DNA of 62,405 nucleotides, from the IMG/VR virus record IMGVR_UViG_3300049027_000037, positions 1 through 62,405 of that record; one strand, 5' to 3'. Shown here piece by piece: positions 60,471-62,405 of this stretch. The notes below the pieces were generated by a model. That model saw nothing but the letters and a program-made list of their open reading frames with translations, was not told where the DNA came from and made no database searches. The position numbers and the translations under genes are program-made. Source of the stretch: a virus. Every line of letters starts with the position of its first letter. Within the stretch, counting starts at the first letter, position 1.

Positions 60471-62318
60471 TTAGAATGGTTGATCAGTAAAAGGAGTCCA
60501 TACATTATTCCCAAACTCTAATTCAGTTTGCTTTGGCTTAAAATCGAATCCTTTTTCATTTATAACTTTTTGCATAGGGTCTGAACCGTTGAAGTAAAAT
60601 CGCCTGTTACGAAATATCATTTCGAATAAAAAGAAACCTCGTTTACCTACTATCTTTTGCCGCCTTATCTTTTTACTATGGAACTCACTTGTAGGGTTAG
60701 CTGGGTCGGTCTGAAAAAAGGGCCGGTGATATATCAGAATGTTATCCATTTTGTTATTCCACATTGCGCCACCAGCTAAATCAAACACATCCGGACAAGG
60801 GTAATTCCCGCTTGCGTCTTTTTTACCTCCATTCGGATGCGCAACGATTAATGCATACAAATTGTTAATCTGGGCAAAACGAGAGTAGTCGCCGAGAAAA
60901 GCTTCGAGGTACTGATCAGTGCGAGTGTTGGTGTAGCTGTGCGCCATCTGATTGAAAGGATCAATGTCTATTCCGTCTATTTTCTCCTTTACTATCAGTT
61001 CTAAAAACCTTTCTTTGATGTATTCAGGGGTTGGCGCCAAGTCTTTTGGATATATGAAAAATACATGATCAGTTATAAAATCATATGCTTTCTCATAAAT
61101 TTCACGTGATGGCCTATGCGGATTATTTGGCGTACAATCGCACCCTAACAATATCTCCGTCATTTCTTCATAATAATTTGACGCCGGGTTTTCTTCTGGC
61201 GAAAACGTTGCAAATTTTTCGCCATATAAAAGCATTCGCATAACCTTGTACCACTTTTTGAAAGTACTTTTTCCATGGTTGCCATAACCTGAAAGCAATG
61301 TAATTTCCCCCCTGCGAAACTTGAAATGGTGATCAAGTTCTTCAACGCCTATCCCCTTTACTTTTTCAAATCCATGGTCATAAATCCTGAGCGCTTCTTC
61401 CTTAACATCAATCCCATAGATCACATCCTTTGCTTTTTCCGAATCATCAAACTGAGGTTGTTCCACTTTTAACTCCCTCCTGGTTACTTTTTCCACCAAT
61501 CTTTCCTGTTCAAAACAACAATCACCAAACTTGGATTTATTGACCCGATAAGCTGATCTAATCGTTCTCCCCGCTTCAGTTGTTGAAAAGTCTGACCCCA
61601 CCAAAAAGCGATTGCCGACATACCTAATGGCAGAATCTTCGTCTATCCCATATCTGCAACATGCTGAGGCTAACTTAAAAATGAAGTTGTTCCGCTCGCC
61701 AGTAACAAACGCTTCTTTTTTATTCGACAACCAAGTAACCAGGTTGTTGAATATTTTACTATCATCCGAATTTACCTCTACCTCCTTAACCCGCTCTACA
61801 ACCTTCAGAGAAGCGAATACAGCCGCTTTCTCGTTCAAGTAGACATCTTGATCAAAACTTTCATAACACACCCTAGACGGGTTTATACCGCTTTTGTCGA
61901 TATCCGGGAACACTTCCTGCAATGCCTGAAAATGTTCACGATGCTTTTTACCGTCAGCAATCCTAATCAAAGCCTTCAACCCGTTTCCTGATGGGCTTAT
62001 CCAGCATGCGTGTACAAATTCGTTGCTGATTATCTCTGACTGCCTGTTTCGTAAGTCGTTAACATTATCGAAGTCTAGCACTACGAAGCCACTGTGCTCT
62101 ATCAGCTGATCATCTTTTCGATCATTACCAAACTTACCACTGAAGCATACTGAAGGCAGGTTGGCTTTTAACTTCCCCGCTTTTTCTTTGTCTATCGTTG
62201 CGCGAATTTGTTCAACTTGTTCCTTGCTCCTGCCTTGTTCAATCCGCTTCAGTGCATCTTTGACCGAAATGTAATGCGGGTCCTTCGAGTAGATATTCCT
62301 GTAAATCGTGCAAATCAT
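60471..62318 (-). CDS. primase/helicase (BT4734/VirE-like N-terminal domain + P-loop NTPase)
   Basis: LPSVCFSGKF...HSGFVVLDFDNV...CWISPSGNGLKALIRI (VirE/BT4734-type) plus Walker A SGYGNHGKST. The ATG lies inside the terminal repeat. Confidence 0.75.
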   Translation of the reverse strand: MICTIYRNIYSKDPHYISVKDALKRIEQGRSKEQVEQIRATIDKEKAGKLKANLPSVCFSGKFGNDRKDDQLIEHSGFVVLDFDNVNDLRNRQSEIISNEFVHACWISPSGNGLKALIRIADGKKHREHFQALQEVFPDIDKSGINPSRVCYESFDQDVYLNEKAAVFASLKVVERVKEVEVNSDDSKIFNNLVTWLSNKKEAFVTGERNNFIFKLASACCRYGIDEDSAIRYVGNRFLVGSDFSTTEAGRTIRSAYRVNKSKFGDCCFEQERLVEKVTRRELKVEQPQFDDSEKAKDVIYGIDVKEEALRIYDHGFEKVKGIGVEELDHHFKFRRGEITLLSGYGNHGKSTFKKWYKVMRMLLYGEKFATFSPEENPASNYYEEMTEILLGCDCTPNNPHRPSREIYEKAYDFITDHVFFIYPKDLAPTPEYIKERFLELIVKEKIDGIDIDPFNQMAHSYTNTRTDQYLEAFLGDYSRFAQINNLYALIVAHPNGGKKDASGNYPCPDVFDLAGGAMWNNKMDNILIYHRPFFQTDPANPTSEFHSKKIRRQKIVGKRGFFLFEMIFRNRRFYFNGSDPMQKVINEKGFDFKPKQTELEFGNNVWTPFTDQPF

Positions 62319-62405
62319 TCCTGAGTCGGTTTAAATTTTTGCCTTGCTTCCGCTAATTGCTGTTCGTAGAGATTTGCCTGAGCACTAACGCTGGGCTGAT
62401 TTTTT
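62279..62405. repeat. terminal direct repeat copy 2 (circular-assembly overlap)
   Basis: Identical to 1-127. Confidence 0.95.

Noticed and set aside
1-62405. CRISPR arrays, retron/reverse transcriptase genes, transposases/IS elements, toxin-antitoxin pairs, and host flanking genes.
   Set aside because: I saw no regularly spaced repeat array, no RT or transposase motifs, and no recognisable housekeeping host genes. The contig closes on itself, so it is the phage replicon rather than an integrated copy with flanks.

Overview
The window is a complete, circularly closed phage genome. Bases 1-127 are identical to 62279-62405, leaving about 62,278 unique bp. It looks like a temperate siphovirus-like tailed phage: it has a tape measure, no sheath gene was recognised, and it carries a tyrosine integrase and a cI/cro-like switch. 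A Bacteroidota host is likely, based on lipobox lipoproteins, a TTTG/TAnnTTTG promoter motif, a BT4734/VirE-type primase, DUF4373, and the integrase type.

Nearly all genes lie on the minus strand in one transcription direction:
- cro-like gene (10.9 kb), then early ORFs and an N6-adenine methyltransferase
- a terminator-bounded, ORF-poor island with tRNA-like RNAs (6.4-8.2 kb)
- recombination and replication genes: SMC-like ATPase, Sak4-like ATPase, DnaA-domain-IV protein, HNH, DUF4373
- across the circular junction: primase, NinG, SNF2 helicase, DNA methyltransferase
- DUF551-rich ORFans, then TerS and TerL
- an ~8-kb glycosyltransferase/methyltransferase island
- portal, protease, capsid, connectors, tail tube, tape measure, baseplate and fibres
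- two polysaccharide-lyase-like paralogues, then lysis genes (22.2 to 19.1 kb)

The plus strand carries a cI-like repressor, a moron cassette (two lipoproteins plus a membrane-anchored SGNH esterase), and 12 small ORFans that converge on the lysis genes.

The most notable observations are:
1. The glyco/methyl island inserted between terL and portal, flanked by terminator-like hairpins and ending in a Mu Com-like zinc-ribbon gene.
2. The ncRNA island, whose RNAs keep a tRNA top half but lack a canonical anticodon arm.
3. Helically phased repeats inside the DUF4373 gene, a candidate origin.
4. Matching SGNH esterases in the tail fibre and in the moron cassette.

All protein calls come from motif recognition by eye. 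No database search or RNA-folding program was run.
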